Shown here in pieces: positions 24,521 through 36,903 of a DNA stretch of 64,000 bases. A program made the translations under genes and the position numbers. The notes under the pieces are model-generated. The model made no database searches, was not told the origin of the DNA, and saw nothing but the letters and a program-made list of their open reading frames with translations. Position 1 is the stretch's first letter; each line of letters begins with the position of its first letter. Origin of the DNA: Phoronis australis (taxonomy: Eukaryota; Animalia; Phoronida); contig NMRA01000178.1 in assembly GCA_002633005.1 (NCBI GenBank), forward strand, positions 348,062 to 412,061. The letters run 5' to 3'.

Positions 24521-26129
24521 TTAAAATGTCACTGAACCTTGAACAAATATTCAAATATGAATACTTAAGTACTCCAGATTGGATCAAAAATGTTATCCCT
24601 GTTTTTCAAAAATATATGGTGATCGGTCTACAGTTTCACATAAAAGTAAATAATTACTATTTTCAGAAACCAAGGGTGTATATAATGAGTATTGCATAAA
24701 ACTGTGTCTTTATTTTTTTATCCCTAGCCATAACAATTCTTTAAACGCATCACTTGTCTATAAAATATACAAGTTTTTTGAGACAACTTCAAATCTTTGT
24801 TACCTATTTTCAAGCCTTTTTAATTTTGATACTTTCAGCAATTTTAAACTCAGATTACAGGTTCATGGGTCTGTCAAGCATACTTCTAGCCTAAGGTTGA
24901 GGGAACTGTTTTTCTTCTAACAGAAGATATGAAGACTTGGGTCACTAAAAATGATGGATAATCTTTCTGTTGTTTAAGAGTAATTACAAATAGTAAGGCA
25001 CCATCAAAAATGCATTTTTCACAAAAATGGCAGTCATTTGAATTTATATCGACTTGCAACATTTCAATGCATGACTATTCAGTCACTGTGAATTCGGAAA
25101 ATGTAATATATTTTCGTGGTTTTACAATTGATACAAGTAGCAAAACAGTTTCATGAAATCAACTTGAAGGGACTTATGAAGGTTAAGAATTACCTCACCA
25201 TGCTCTTTTCCCCATACATGTATTACCTGTTATTTCCACACATACAGTAGTACCAAATATTACAACCCCCCATGCCAATCCCCCCTCGGGACTTGAATAA
25301 GTAATTTAACAAAATGACTTTAAANATCAACTTGAAGGGACTTCGTGAAGGTTAAGAATTACCTCACCATGCTCTTTTCCCCAAACATGTATTACCTGTT
25401 ACTTCCACACATTCAGTTGTACCAAATATTACAACCCCCCCATGCCAATCCCCCCTCGGGACCTGAGTAAGTAATTTTACAAAATGACTTTAAAAATAGC
25501 TGTTCCTTTTCAAAGGCTTTGTTCGTTGTCTCAAATATTGAAAGTAGGCTTTGACAACAGATCTGTACTGGATGGGAAGATCTTGTTGGTTAGCTGCTGT
25601 CAAATGCTAAAAACCAATTTTTGTCCATTCAGGGACGGTGCAGAAGCGATGCATATCTCCTCTGCACGGTACAAGCCTTCAAACCTAAACACCAAAGGTT
25701 ACGTGAAAACTGACGTGATAGATTTCCATTTCAACGTGTAATAGATTTTCAGAAGACATGATAGGGAGTAAACAAATAGTCTAATGCAATGGATATTTAT
25801 CACTCACGTACCCTTTGGCATTGGGATTGGATTGTAATCTTAACTCATTAACCTGTATCGAGTTGACAGCATAAATATTCAGCATTGATTGATGTAACTG
25901 TCACTGATAAACTTTTAGAAATCATTCCAAACAATAATAATGCTTTGATGTACGAAAAGATCCCGATTGCTACGTCAAGTATCGTATCACATATCACAAC
26001 ATATGGCAAAGATTAACCAGACTCTGGCTGGCGACTGACTGCCGCGAAGTCGACATCGGCGAGTGCCTCAGTTAACAGGCGTCGGTAGAATAATCATGGA
26101 ATAATCGTTAAAATAATCACAAACCTTAC

Positions 26130-26222
26130 CTTTGTATGAGGTCGTGCTTACTTCCTCTCATAGAAACACCCTTTTTACACAATCTCAGATTCAGTTGACA
26201 CGGTTGCAAGCCATTTCACCAT
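26130..26222 (-). pseudogene. SAP-domain-like first exon remnant of the YqaJ gene
   Basis: LRLCKKGVSMRGSKHDLIQR followed by a gtaagg donor. An upstream ATG lies ~90 bp inside the right TIR but is not in frame with the motif. Confidence 0.5.
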
Positions 26223-26336
26223 GTATTTAAAGGGCTCGCGAAATCGAGGCTGTTAATCTATCACCACTAGTACACGCACGCCCTCTAGTTATTGTAGATT
26301 TTCCGAATAGCCCCATTGTCCGCTGCTACAGCTTAA

Positions 26337-28283
26337 AGGAGAATGCCACCCAATTTAATTAGTCTTTTTTGCCTTATTAATCGGTCTATATCCACATCGC
26401 CTCGCACATGGTCGACGTTACCTCGCCAAGAGGTGTCGCGTTAACCTGTGAGGAAGGTGAGAAACGACGCTAGCGACGTCATTGGTTCATCTGCGGAGTG
26501 AATTCCGCTATGTTGCGGTTCATCGTTCCCGCTTGTGCGAACTATGCAGCTGTTAGGAAAGCGGGTATATCGTGTTTTCGACTTCCTCGAGAGTCCGAAA
26601 TGTTTAGGAAGTGGATCGCAGTAGTGAAGAATGAAAAGTACGCTGTAAATAGCAAGTATGATGCCGTGGAACATCTCCTTGTCTATGGCCTGCAGTGGTC
26701 GACAGCCGCGTGAGTGCCTGACAAATGCCAGCTTGCCAAATAACTATCCCTACGTTCCGTTGTCTGAGCTTGTTCACGGCGCCTCTTTGGTATTTCTTCA
26801 TTACTGTATTCCTGTTCGAACTGATAGCCTGAGAAACCTAACGATCCACCCGTGCGAAGTCTTCGTCGGGACTGATGAGCTCTCGTCTAAGTTGCGGGGG
26901 ATTGCGAGTTGCCATGTTGACGTTTATTACTGAGCGTTCTGTTTCAAAATGAATTATTCTCACCCTAACCGATACTTATATAAAACTGAAACAAAGTCTG
27001 TCTCATTAGATGTAGTTTGTAATGCCTTTGGAGTGTTCTTGAGTGCAAATGATTTGAGAAGCCAGCAATGAATAAATCACTGCGTTACCGGCTCTAGGTG
27101 CAATAAAACTAATTGACGGGACACCGAGGCCGTGTGAGCTCATGCTAATTTAGTGTTTGATGGCAGAAACTGTTGTGAAACAACTCGATTTTCATCCCAC
27201 GGCCAGGTGTAAGGGGAGTCTTTATTTATATTTACATTATTCAAATAATGATTGTCAATGTACAACTTCTGCCCTGACCATGCGCGCACCCATGGGGGCT
27301 CGGGGGCTCAAACGAGGGCAAAGTGGCGAAGTGGGCAAAAAGGTACGCCTCTGGGAAACAAAAAGTCCGAGAAAATGAGACTAAAGTCCTCTAAATAAGC
27401 ACATTTGCGCAATTCACAGTGGTGCCCGTTTTGTTTTAGCTCACCCGCTTTTTTGTCACCAAAAGGTCCACAACGTCAGAAATTCGTGCCCCCCCATATT
27501 GAAGGCTGGGTGCGCGCGTGCTGACGGTGCTGTGGACAAAGCAGAATCTGAATTCGCGGCCCCGACGAGTAAGTAGATTTGCGGTTTCGTGGCTAATTCA
27601 ACAACATGTTCACGTGCACATTACTTTGGCTCACTAGTATAGTATTTTCCTGACTAGAAGTTTAGTTTCCAACTTTGACTGGTTTATGTTCGTGATGTAT
27701 GATCAGTTTCCGGGCCATTGGTCGGGATAACGAGTCAAATCGGCCGGTTGCGACGGGCCTGATTGGGCTCCGAGCCACTAACCAGGATAACAAGCGTTTT
27801 GCGTGTTTAGAACTCAAAAAATCACAATTCTAAACAACACAGACTAGGTTCTCCTGTCTGTATCCCACGGAAAAATACTTCGAATTTATCTCCGAACAGA
27901 CCCCAAACTCCTGCTACGGACTGACCTGATTGGCCTGCCGAGCCATTGTAGGCTATGGCTGTGTCCAAATACCAATAAATCCGTAACAGCGAAATAAAAC
28001 AACACGTTTTTATAAGAACTCGGTGTATTTTTAAGGATTTTACATCGAAGTTTGATGATTTGTTGATGTAAAACGATGAATCCAAGTGATAAGCTGACAC
28101 CAGTAACCCGTGTTGTGAACTGCTGAACAGATTCCGTGTGAAACCCATTACGTCATTGGATAATTTCAACACCTCAGTCTGCCGTCAGGTGTCAGGTAAC
28201 GCAACCGTACGTGCCGTTATGGAGTAGAACTACTCGGTCTAAATTGATACAAATTAGGTTGTTTTTTTGGGTGGCATGCTCCT
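26337..28283 (+). mobile_element. Non-autonomous Kolobok transposon, copy 2 (with nested MITE)
   Basis: TTAA at 26333-26336 and 28284-28287; TIR AGGAGAATGCCACCC; colinear with copy 1. Best-preserved THAP stub at 26510-26700 (MLRFIVPACAN...GISCFRLPRESEMFRKWIAVVKNE...HLLVYGL). Confidence 0.9.
27279..27520 (+). mobile_element. 242-bp MITE nested in Kolobok copy 2, 5-bp TSD CTGAC
   Basis: CATGCGCGCACCC...GGGTGCGCGCGTG. CTGAC at 27274-27278 and 27521-27525. Copies 1 and 3 show the empty site gccctgacggtg. Confidence 0.92.
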
Positions 28284-28682
28284 TTAAGTGTACCACGTGC
28301 AATGAATAGCCGTCGTCTACAGTCTAACTACTAAGTTCGATGAATGGTCCGTGACAACTGCCTAACAGTACTGGGGTGCAATGGATTGTCCCCTGCTACA
28401 GCTTAACTGTAACGTATCAAAGTGCAATGAATTGCCGGCGACTACAGTCTAACTGTACTGAGTGCAATGAATTGCCGGCAACTACGGTCTAACTGTACTG
28501 AACTCAGTAAATTACTCGCAGAATACAGTTTAACTGTACTGAGTACAAATTGTCTACAGTTGTGCGTGACTACGATGGCAATGAAGAGTTAAGCTGCAGC
28601 CGCGGCCAATTTTCAGCCAAAATATTAAATTGAAGGGGTAGTTTGAGGTAGGCGCGACATATATGTAGGCCCAGTGAATTTG

Positions 28683-29539
28683 GGTAGAGTTCAGTAGCTG
28701 TCTTGCGGCGAGAAAAATCTAGCCAAAATCACGTGCTCTAACTTAAAAATGTTTATTCCACACGCGTTGAATCAGTCGAGTGCAATTCGGCCATGTAATG
28801 TTGTTTTCCGTATTCACCTCCGCACTACTTCAACAGAGACCTCTGACACTGCATAGAAAGTTCAAAAGGTAGGTCAATGTCGACTCGAAGTCGTTAGCCG
28901 GTTCGATCATCAAACTTTCCGAAAATAGTTTAAAGTATTCCAATTGCAGCAGTGTAAATAACACTTAGCATGCAGTCAGGTCCCAATCGTAACATCTAGA
29001 ACAGGACTGTTAATTACATGACAGTTTTGTCTCAGTTTTCAGATGCTAAATATTTTATCGTCTGCAACTCAGGCGCCGATTCCTCGGTATGAAATATTGT
29101 TGCTATTTAACTATTTTCAGGAGATGTTACAAGTTCAATGCACAGTTATCGTTGCTTTCATTTTAAAATTTTGTTATCTCTTTTCTAGTAGTAGTAAATC
29201 GTTACATTTAAAATTGTTTCTTTTACTAGAGAAAACTTGCAACCTAACGCGCAAGTACAAAAATATAGGATGTGATCCGCCACGTGAACAGTCTGAGTGA
29301 AAAAATGAAAGATATTCAGGAATTCAAAGCGTATGGGATAAATACAAAGCGTGTCTCGATTGGCATAGACGAAGTAATATCCCACTCGACATTATTCCGC
29401 GTATACGCGGAATATAGTCTCGTGGGATATTGCTTCATCTACGCTTCTCTCGGTACTATATACGATGCACGGCAATAGCTAGCGCAATATCGCGAAGTCT
29501 TGTTTTTCTCACGCGGTCCTAGCGTTATTGAACTCTACC
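28683..29539 (+). mobile_element. Longer (~860 bp) member of the GGTAGAGTTCAG-TIR MITE family
   Basis: ggtagagttcagta...ttattgaactctacc with family subterminal motifs (ctagccaaaatcacgtg; tcgcgaagtcttg). Confidence 0.7.
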
Positions 29540-30097
29540 CTGTTTTTTGTAGTTGTGACCATGTTTGGGAATGAGAAAAGACCACTTGCTCAACCGTAGC
29601 TGTACACTTCGTCAAAATTTCTACACCCTGTTGCATTTGTGCATTGCGGAGTAGCCACTGAGAAATCTACTTCGAATTCAGGTAGCCCTTAATGGTCAAG
29701 TAAGAATTGCCAAAAAAAAAGAAAAAAACTGAATTGTTGACAGCATTTTCGGACCATATTTTTGGATTAATACGTAGGAAATATTCTTTCATTATCTTAT
29801 GTTGGCTTATGTCACGCGTCGCCGGGCAGGGAGGTCGTAATTTTGGTGTGAAAAGTGATAAATTTATGTTTTTGTCTTTTTCCTCAACTTACCTTGCTTT
29901 TCAGTAAGAGTGAAGGGCCGGCCAAAAACCGAATACAAGACAGAATAAAGTTCTCAGTTGTGCTCATCTGCAGGGGTGGTGATATGTGAAATGACTCAAA
30001 ACTTTTTACTCTTTGCAAATTGTGTTCAGCAGAGTGAAAAAAGGTGACAGGTTCATTGATTTGCTGTAGGCCTACTGCTAGGCAAAACCCAATCAGA

Positions 30098-30250
30098 GGC
30101 GTGCGTTCAGTAGATGCTAGGACCTACGCTAGGACCTAGCTAAAACCTAATCAAAGTCACTTGTTCTCATTTAAAATGCACGGCAATACCTCACGTAATC
30201 TCGCGAAGTCTTGCTTTTTAGCGAGGTCCTAGCGTTACTGAAAGTCCCCG
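30098..30250 (+). mobile_element. Short GGTAGAGTTCAG-TIR MITE family copy (degraded ends)
   Basis: gctaggacctacgctaggacc...cacgtaatctcgcgaagtcttgc...cctagcgttactgaa. Confidence 0.7.
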
Positions 30251-30735
30251 GCCAACACTTTAACATCACAGGTCACGTGATCTGCTCAAACTGCCCTGTG
30301 TGTGGCTTGAAACTAGTGGAAATTTGCCCTGCTCAAGGACTTCGCAATCTTCTGCTAAATAGACATATAACTTGCCTGGTCATCAGATCATGGAGGTACA
30401 ACAACCTTTCTAATTTCCTATAAAAAACCTCATGCTGAGGAATCCCTTGAGTCTTAATCAAGTCATCAGTGCAGTGGGTCCAACTGTGTGGATTAAGCAC
30501 GCCTTGGGCATCGCAGAAGGCACCAGGCCACCTTTTTGGATTATGTAGAAAACTTGCCCTGATGGTTGCTTATGTCTCGCGCCGGCAGAAGGACCGGTGA
30601 TAGTTTTGCTGTGGAAAGTGCCGTGTCACGAGTGCCACGAGAGGTAGCACTGAGAAAAGATTACGTAACAGTGACTAACAAAATCAACTAACATTCGGCC
30701 ACTTCGATTGGTCTAAAAATAACATCCATGCATTC

Positions 30736-30799
30736 GGATATAATTGTTGTTGGATATAATTGTTGTTGGATATAATTGTTGTTGGATATAATTGTTGTT
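30736..30799. repeat. Perfect 16-bp tandem repeat x4 (GGATATAATTGTTGTT)
   Basis: Four identical adjacent units. Confidence 0.95.
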
Positions 30800-32432
30800 G
30801 AGTATACAGCTCCATCTATTGAGAAATTTCACCGTGGCTTGCAGTTGCGGCAGCAACCACAAGAGGACACTAAATCGATGCATTCCTACAAGTTCGTGTT
30901 TTTAGTCAAACATCGCTGTTTATTACGTCGGCAGGAGGTCAAAATGAACGCCACACATATGAATTCTGAACCAATAAATATTCAGAATTAATGGGCGTCA
31001 ACGTAAATTCAGGTGACTGCCTGTTAAACATTGCTAAGGACAATACTTAGAGCACCTTGAAATCTGTAAAGCTTACAGGTAATTTATTAGATTAACTCAC
31101 GTGGACGACCATCAAAAAAAAAACTTTAATTGAGACATGCCTAATGAGCCTACCGAGTTTCGCACGAACAATTCTCCTTCATCAATGCTACTTTTTTAAT
31201 AATGAAATACTATTCTCGGAATGCTTTGGACAAAAATAGCGATATTTTAATATCACTACATTATCGGGAAGGTTTTCGTTTTATTCACGAAGAAAGGGGT
31301 TTTACAATCTCTAAAAATATTCCTATTGAATATAAAAATCAGAATAGGCATGCTCTGGCAATTTTGTGCGTATCGAGTTTTCTTGGTCTTTCTAGCATTT
31401 TGGTAAAGTCCCATTTTTAAGTACTATAGATAGAGGATACATGCTGCAAAAAACTTGGGACCCTAACAAAGCTGTCACGTGTTTCCAAATGGGTAAATCT
31501 GGCACCCATAGTTCGACAAATATTATCTTTTTTAAATTGACTTACAGTGTGGGGAGGGGGCTGAGTGAATGGGTGAAGGATGAATCGCGAGGAAAATAAC
31601 ATTGAATTCCACGAGTGGGAGGCAGGATGGATGAAGTTATCTTGAGCCTTGTTATCGCCGCGCGCATCTTAATTAATGACTTCTGATTTGCGCTCAGCAA
31701 ATTTCCACGTGTTTATCAAATCAAGCGTGCTCATTTGGATACTTTATTTTTTAATGCCTCGTACTTAGTATTGAGTAATAACATTTGATGGAATATAGGT
31801 GGAACAAATCTTGTTTTAATTACGAATTAGCGCTAATGCTGCAGAACGATAACATAAGCGAATTTCTATCTGCGCACTATTGCATTGGCGTAGAGCCAGA
31901 CTGAGCTAATTTAAAGTAATCCCAGAATTCACAAGAAATAGCACAAGTGTGTCACATCCTAAATGGAACACGACTTAATTTATTGTCTTTGCTTTACGTA
32001 GTGGTACTATGACATTGTTTGATATAACCAAATCGCTGCATGTCGAAAGACGTATTTATTAACTTCGATGAAGTTTTAGGTCATTGGCATTCTGAGCGTG
32101 GTCATTTGACTGAGAGTAAAGGCGTACATTGTTTCAACTTGGGAAAAGGCTAGTCTCTGGTCACATAGATATACACTTAGAAGATTGATGGCTGGAATAT
32201 CTTTGATCTGAAATTGATGGCAACATCAGAGAAAATTCGAATGCACTCGGTTGCACATCATATAGTTTTCTGTAGATACATAATCTCAACTTTACAGCTT
32301 CTGTGTACGTGTATTTGGTAGCGCTTCCAAAATTAAATACTTTAGTATTTTGGTAGCATCACAAATTTTTGGCATTGTTGCACAAGATTGGGTTTTTCCA
32401 GAGACAATTCATGAATCTCCTGTTACGCAAGC

Positions 32433-33660
32433 TTAAAAGGGAATGCGACCGTTTTAGTTATAGCAAACAAATTTTGAATTTAATCAAATTTCCCGGGTTG
32501 TAATTGGTTGTGTATACGTCATCCCGGAAGTGACGTTTGTGGCCCAGATAATTTCCCGCAATCATTGCTCATATGCTGCTCGGACTTGAAACGTGAAGCG
32601 TCGCGAGCCATTGTTGTGACGCAAGACACCACAATTGGTGACATTCGTGCGTGCGAACAGTCACTACAGCGTCCAAGAGCACAACTCCACCACGAGCAAC
32701 AGATTCCCAGCCCAGATGCAATGAACAGTCATACGTTTTCCAGCAGTGTTTTAGCCTCGTCGTACTTGCAACAGCTTACATTCCGCTGACGTTGCCACGG
32801 CAATACACTTTGAGCATTTGCACAAAAACTCCTCATTAAGCCTGTCCTTGAGTTATTCACTCGGCTCGATCGTTGCCTGAGCCTATGCGTAGGCAGTCTC
32901 CATGTACCCCTGTTCAAACACATACACTGCTCCTGCCTGGCCGTGAAAGAATTCTTCGTCACTTCCACTTTCTGCCATTTCTCCAACTGTGGTCTCCGAC
33001 ATTTTCCGTTTACTGGAGATGAAACGATGGCTAAATCCACCGAGTTCTAATTCAAACTGAAATTGTCCAAGAATAGTTGCCGAAAGCAAAAAAACTGTGA
33101 TATCTCGCGCAGTCAACGTGCCGGCGTTTCGTAATAATACTAGTCACCTCCCATTTGAATAATGGCAACACCTTAACCTTACTTTTGGAGTACCTGAAAC
33201 TAAATTGTCTAAGATACATAAGCTGCTTTCGAATAGGGCCGCTGGGACCATGTTTTGTCTTCGAAAATATGACCATGTTACAGAATACCTTAAACAAATC
33301 CGCAGGTTACATATGAAGTTTTGCCCGGTCATCTCACTGTCTCGGCACAACTGCCATTGTTACAGAGGCGGTGTCCACTGAAGTGAGTCAGTAGTTGTCA
33401 GCTGCACGCGTGTGCAATTTCATATAGGCACTTTCTTCTCAATACAGGCATTAAGCGACTTACAATTCTTCCGCCTTGACACCAGGGATGCGTTCCGTAA
33501 ACAAACTTTCTAGCAAGATCGGGCAAAATCACACAAGTCACAGGCGAGAATGCTCAGAACCTTATTAGCATAACATACCAAAATGGCTGCAACGGAAGAG
33601 ATTGGTCGGTGAAGTTGAATGTGAATTATTGGATAAGAATTATAGGATAGAACATGCCCT
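32433..33660. mobile_element. Second Kolobok-family remnant with KolX (P2X7-C-terminal-like Cys cluster) pseudo-ORF on the minus strand
   Basis: Left end ttaaAAGGGAATGCG. Minus strand 33002 to ~32765 reads MSETTVGEMAESGSDEEF...YVFEQGY...DRLNEEFLCKCSKCIAVATSAEC/SCCK, with two stops and a frameshift. The right boundary is uncertain. Confidence 0.65.
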
Positions 33661-36027
33661 TACCCAGGAATGGTGCGACAGGTGCGAACGCACCTCCTAT
33701 CGGGATTTGGGGTCCACCTTAACAAGCCGAAAGTGATTCATATTACCTGTACTTTTTCAATTATGTCTGTAATGCTTATTTACTAAAAATGTTCTTCGTT
33801 GAAAATGCTCAGCTGTCATTAACGTTACCGAGAAAGATTGTCAGCTAACAGAAACCTGGACAAACCTACGTTTTAGTATTGTCGTCTGCATTTACAGCAA
33901 CATTTCGCGATTTGTTACGAGTAACTTATATAATCTTGCCCGTAATTTACGACTTTTTTACAGATTGTACCGGATTCATCGACACTTTTCGTGTTAGTTA
34001 AGATCTGTTAGCGATGATCTTACGTACAAGTTACGAATACTTAAAAGGATATTAAACCTGTTTCGGTGATTTTAACCCCATCCACGTTTTTTCACTTGTT
34101 AATGCACCGTTGTTGTCTCACTTGAGTGATAAAAACACGGTTCAACTAAAACACATACCTGTACGTTCTGTGTCAAATACTAGACATTGCGATTCTTGAC
34201 AGGTTGGCTTTCCCTAACAGTTGTCGTGTAACTCGTCCAAACCGTAGCTCACATTTGTCGGTTTAGCAGACTTTGAAATGAATTTTCAAACTTTGCTCTA
34301 AACTTTTGAGGGTTGTTGAGGATTACAGTGCATTGGATGGGAAAGTCGTTCTTAATATTTGTTAATTGGTCAAAGTCGTTTTTTTGGTACCCCTTTAAGG
34401 GTTGTTTCGTAAATAGTCTGTAAACAAATCGTGAATTATTCGGAACAAATCGTTACGGGTTCTTACGAACATTTTTCGAATGGCCACGTGCTATTGCGAG
34501 CAGTTTGCGATCCTTTGTGAGTTATATACGAACAAGTTAATCCGTTGACGATAGCTACAGTTCGAGTATCTGCGAGTTGTTGCGTTTTGTGATAAGTTAT
34601 TTACGGATGGTTGCGATTGGTTACGATTTGGTGTTCCGTAAGGACTCGTAGTTAAGAAATGAGTCAACAAAGTACCTTGAACACTGCCACCAACCACATC
34701 CACAAAAATTAATATTTTTTTTTATTTTTTGTTCATTTCCCTTGATGCATCGTTTCGGTCAAAGCACAATAAAAACACATCCTAAGCTGCGCGTGAAGTA
34801 TGGGGATTTTTTATGTGGCGAGGTTAGTAGTTTATATCGACGATTACACCACACCTCCTCAACTCTGGCCGGGTTTGGTCGGCTTCCATCAGTCCGCACT
34901 TCCTAATACAAATGCTGGGTACGGACATGTGGAATCCGTGTTTCCGTTCATAAGCGGAAATTCATCGCCGCAAATGCATGACTAATGTCTTGGGTTTGCG
35001 AACGCACTAACCAGGGCTGCGTTGCGTTAACTTAAGACACTTGCGAAGCACTTGCTGCGAGAATTTTTCGCTTATGAAACTTCTAAGTTTTATGTTCAAT
35101 CTTCAGGACATCATGTCAGAGTCACAATTTCCACTTATTTGCGCAATTAACAATGTACTCGAGTTAATCATATGTACGTATCTCATGTTCTTGTCATGTT
35201 ATCAAAAGCTGGTGGGCAAATCAATACAGATCGAATGCGCAAGGTGTACATAACAGAAATTCGAACAACCGTCTTCAAACTATTGAGCGACGGGCTCGTA
35301 TGCACGTTCCCTAAAATGAGTTCATTTTAAGTGCACCAGCTATCTTCGTCTCCACTTTGGGTTGTTAAGGCTTAGCTTCACTTTTGACTGTTGATAACAC
35401 TAAGCACAATTTATTGCTTATGAAAGGTAATCAACATCAAAGGTTAACATTTAATTAGTTTGTTTACTCTCTCTGATTAACTTGTTTTTCATTCTTTTGT
35501 TCAATTGAGAGGTTAAAACAAGCAGATTCTGTGAAAGTGTTTCTAGGTTTTTACTAACTTATAGGGAATTACTAAAATACTCACTGACATGCTTGCCTTT
35601 ATCTTAACTGAGCTTCAAACCGTTCCAATGGATTTGAATTTTCAAATTAGCTTAACTGCACATCTTATTTTTATCAACCCATCATAGTAGGACTGATAAT
35701 TCTTAACTGTACAGAGGATGAACCGCGTTGCGGCCCCATTGTTGATTTTGGTGTTTCTTTATCTCACGGAAATATGTGGCTCTAAAAGCTAAGGAGGAAA
35801 CTCACTTGGAAAAAATTCCCGACGTCGCAAAAGTGCTTGTCTCCCACGGGGGTAGTGACCGTCGGGATCGTGCGAATATTTCGCCTACCTTTGTCTATTC
35901 TGAGAAGGATTCTTGTCATTCAGCGTCGGTATCACACAAATGTTGACGAGTTGGATGTACTTGGACAAAAAAATCACACCATGATGAGTGTACCATAAAT
36001 CCGTGCTCGTTCTTCTAAGAACGCAGG

Positions 36028-36073
36028 AACATCTGACGATGGCCGGAGAATAGAGCGACCGAAACGTCGTGAC
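36028..36073 (+). ncRNA. Penelope-type minimal hammerhead ribozyme motif in a probable pseudo-LTR fragment
   Basis: cat-CTGACGA-t-ggccg-(gagaatagag)-cgacc-GAAA-cgtc-gtg: both catalytic core boxes, stem II with one mismatch, palindromic ACGT stem III and a GTC cleavage triplet. Confidence 0.6.
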
Positions 36074-36644
36074 AGTGTAAATAGACAAGAGGTCGGTGTA
36101 AATGGACCAAGAGATTTTAATAATAGTTGTACTTTCTATAACCCTGGGAAGTTAGAGAGTGGTATTAAAATCTTAAAAGATAAACTGTTTATTTCAAATT
36201 AATACACACGCCTTTGTAATGTCCTGCATATTTTGTTACCGTACTATGGTCTCTTAACCGTCAGGCTCAATAATGATTTAGCACGGTACAGTGATATTTG
36301 CCTTCGGTCGATTGATTCTGATCTTAATTAGTCTTGACCGAAAGATGATGCATGGGAATCAAACGTCAAATTGATAAAAAACCATTTTGTCGTGTCATTA
36401 TCAGCAAAGAAACTGAAAGAAATAGTTACGTAAGAGGATTTATAGAGCCTGGGTATGACCAAAGATGCGGCGCCATTAGGCCGTTTTAAAGCTAACGCGA
36501 TGAGGACATGTTTGCTCTGGAAATGGGGCACGTGGCGACGTTCTAGATCCACAAGTGTTTTACTTGGGATGAACACTTCATTAAAATTTTTAGTAAATAT
36601 TTAGGTTTTTATGTGTTTTATGAATTTGGTCTCAGGTATTACTA

Positions 36645-36903
36645 CATGCGCGCACCCAGCCTAAAAAATGGCGTGCTCGAATTTTTGAGATTGAGAACCT
36701 TTTACTAAAGATTCAAGGGAAACGTTCAGAGCTATGAATTGTGCATTTGCCGACTTTTGGTAGTTCCTGCCTTTTTAGTGGACTTTTGTCTCGCTTTCTA
36801 CTCTTTTCGGTGTTTTTTTTTTCTCTGAGGCGGACCTTTTTGCCCACTTTTCCAAATTGGGGGACTCCTCCGAGTCCCCTGAGCCCCCGTGGGTGCGCGC
36901 ATG
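36645..36903 (-). mobile_element. 259-bp MITE, perfect CATGCGCGCACCC TIRs, 5-bp TSD TACTA
   Basis: TACTA at 36640-36644 and 36904-36908; reverse-orientation homolog of 27279-27520. Confidence 0.92.

Larger units (their letters stand above)
21859..26314. mobile_element. ISL2EU-like (PIF/Harbinger group) DNA transposon remnant, AT TSD
   Basis: GGGGCTATTCGGA...TCCGAATAGCCCC termini with subterminal tgtactagtggtgat inverted similarity. It interrupts a satellite unit caatga-AT-tgtcc with AT duplicated. Internal YqaJ and SAP remnants. An N-join and a second left end at 22718 complicate the structure. Confidence 0.75.
19930..28560 (+). repeat. ~39-40-bp minisatellite array split into four blocks by transposon insertions
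   Basis: Unit ~ACTGTACTGAGTGCAATGAATTGCCGCGGCTACAGTCTA at ~19930-20078, 21716-21858, 26315-26332 and 28288-28560. The unit resumes in register across each insertion. Confidence 0.85.

Noticed and set aside
25158-25494. ~167-bp direct duplication
   Set aside because: It straddles the N at 25325 with a few substitutions; most likely an uncollapsed haplotype or contig overlap.
33860-34680. Element with ttacga subrepeats ending in aaagtaccttg
   Set aside because: Probably a MITE remnant, but no matching left TIR or TSD could be found, so the boundaries are unsupported.
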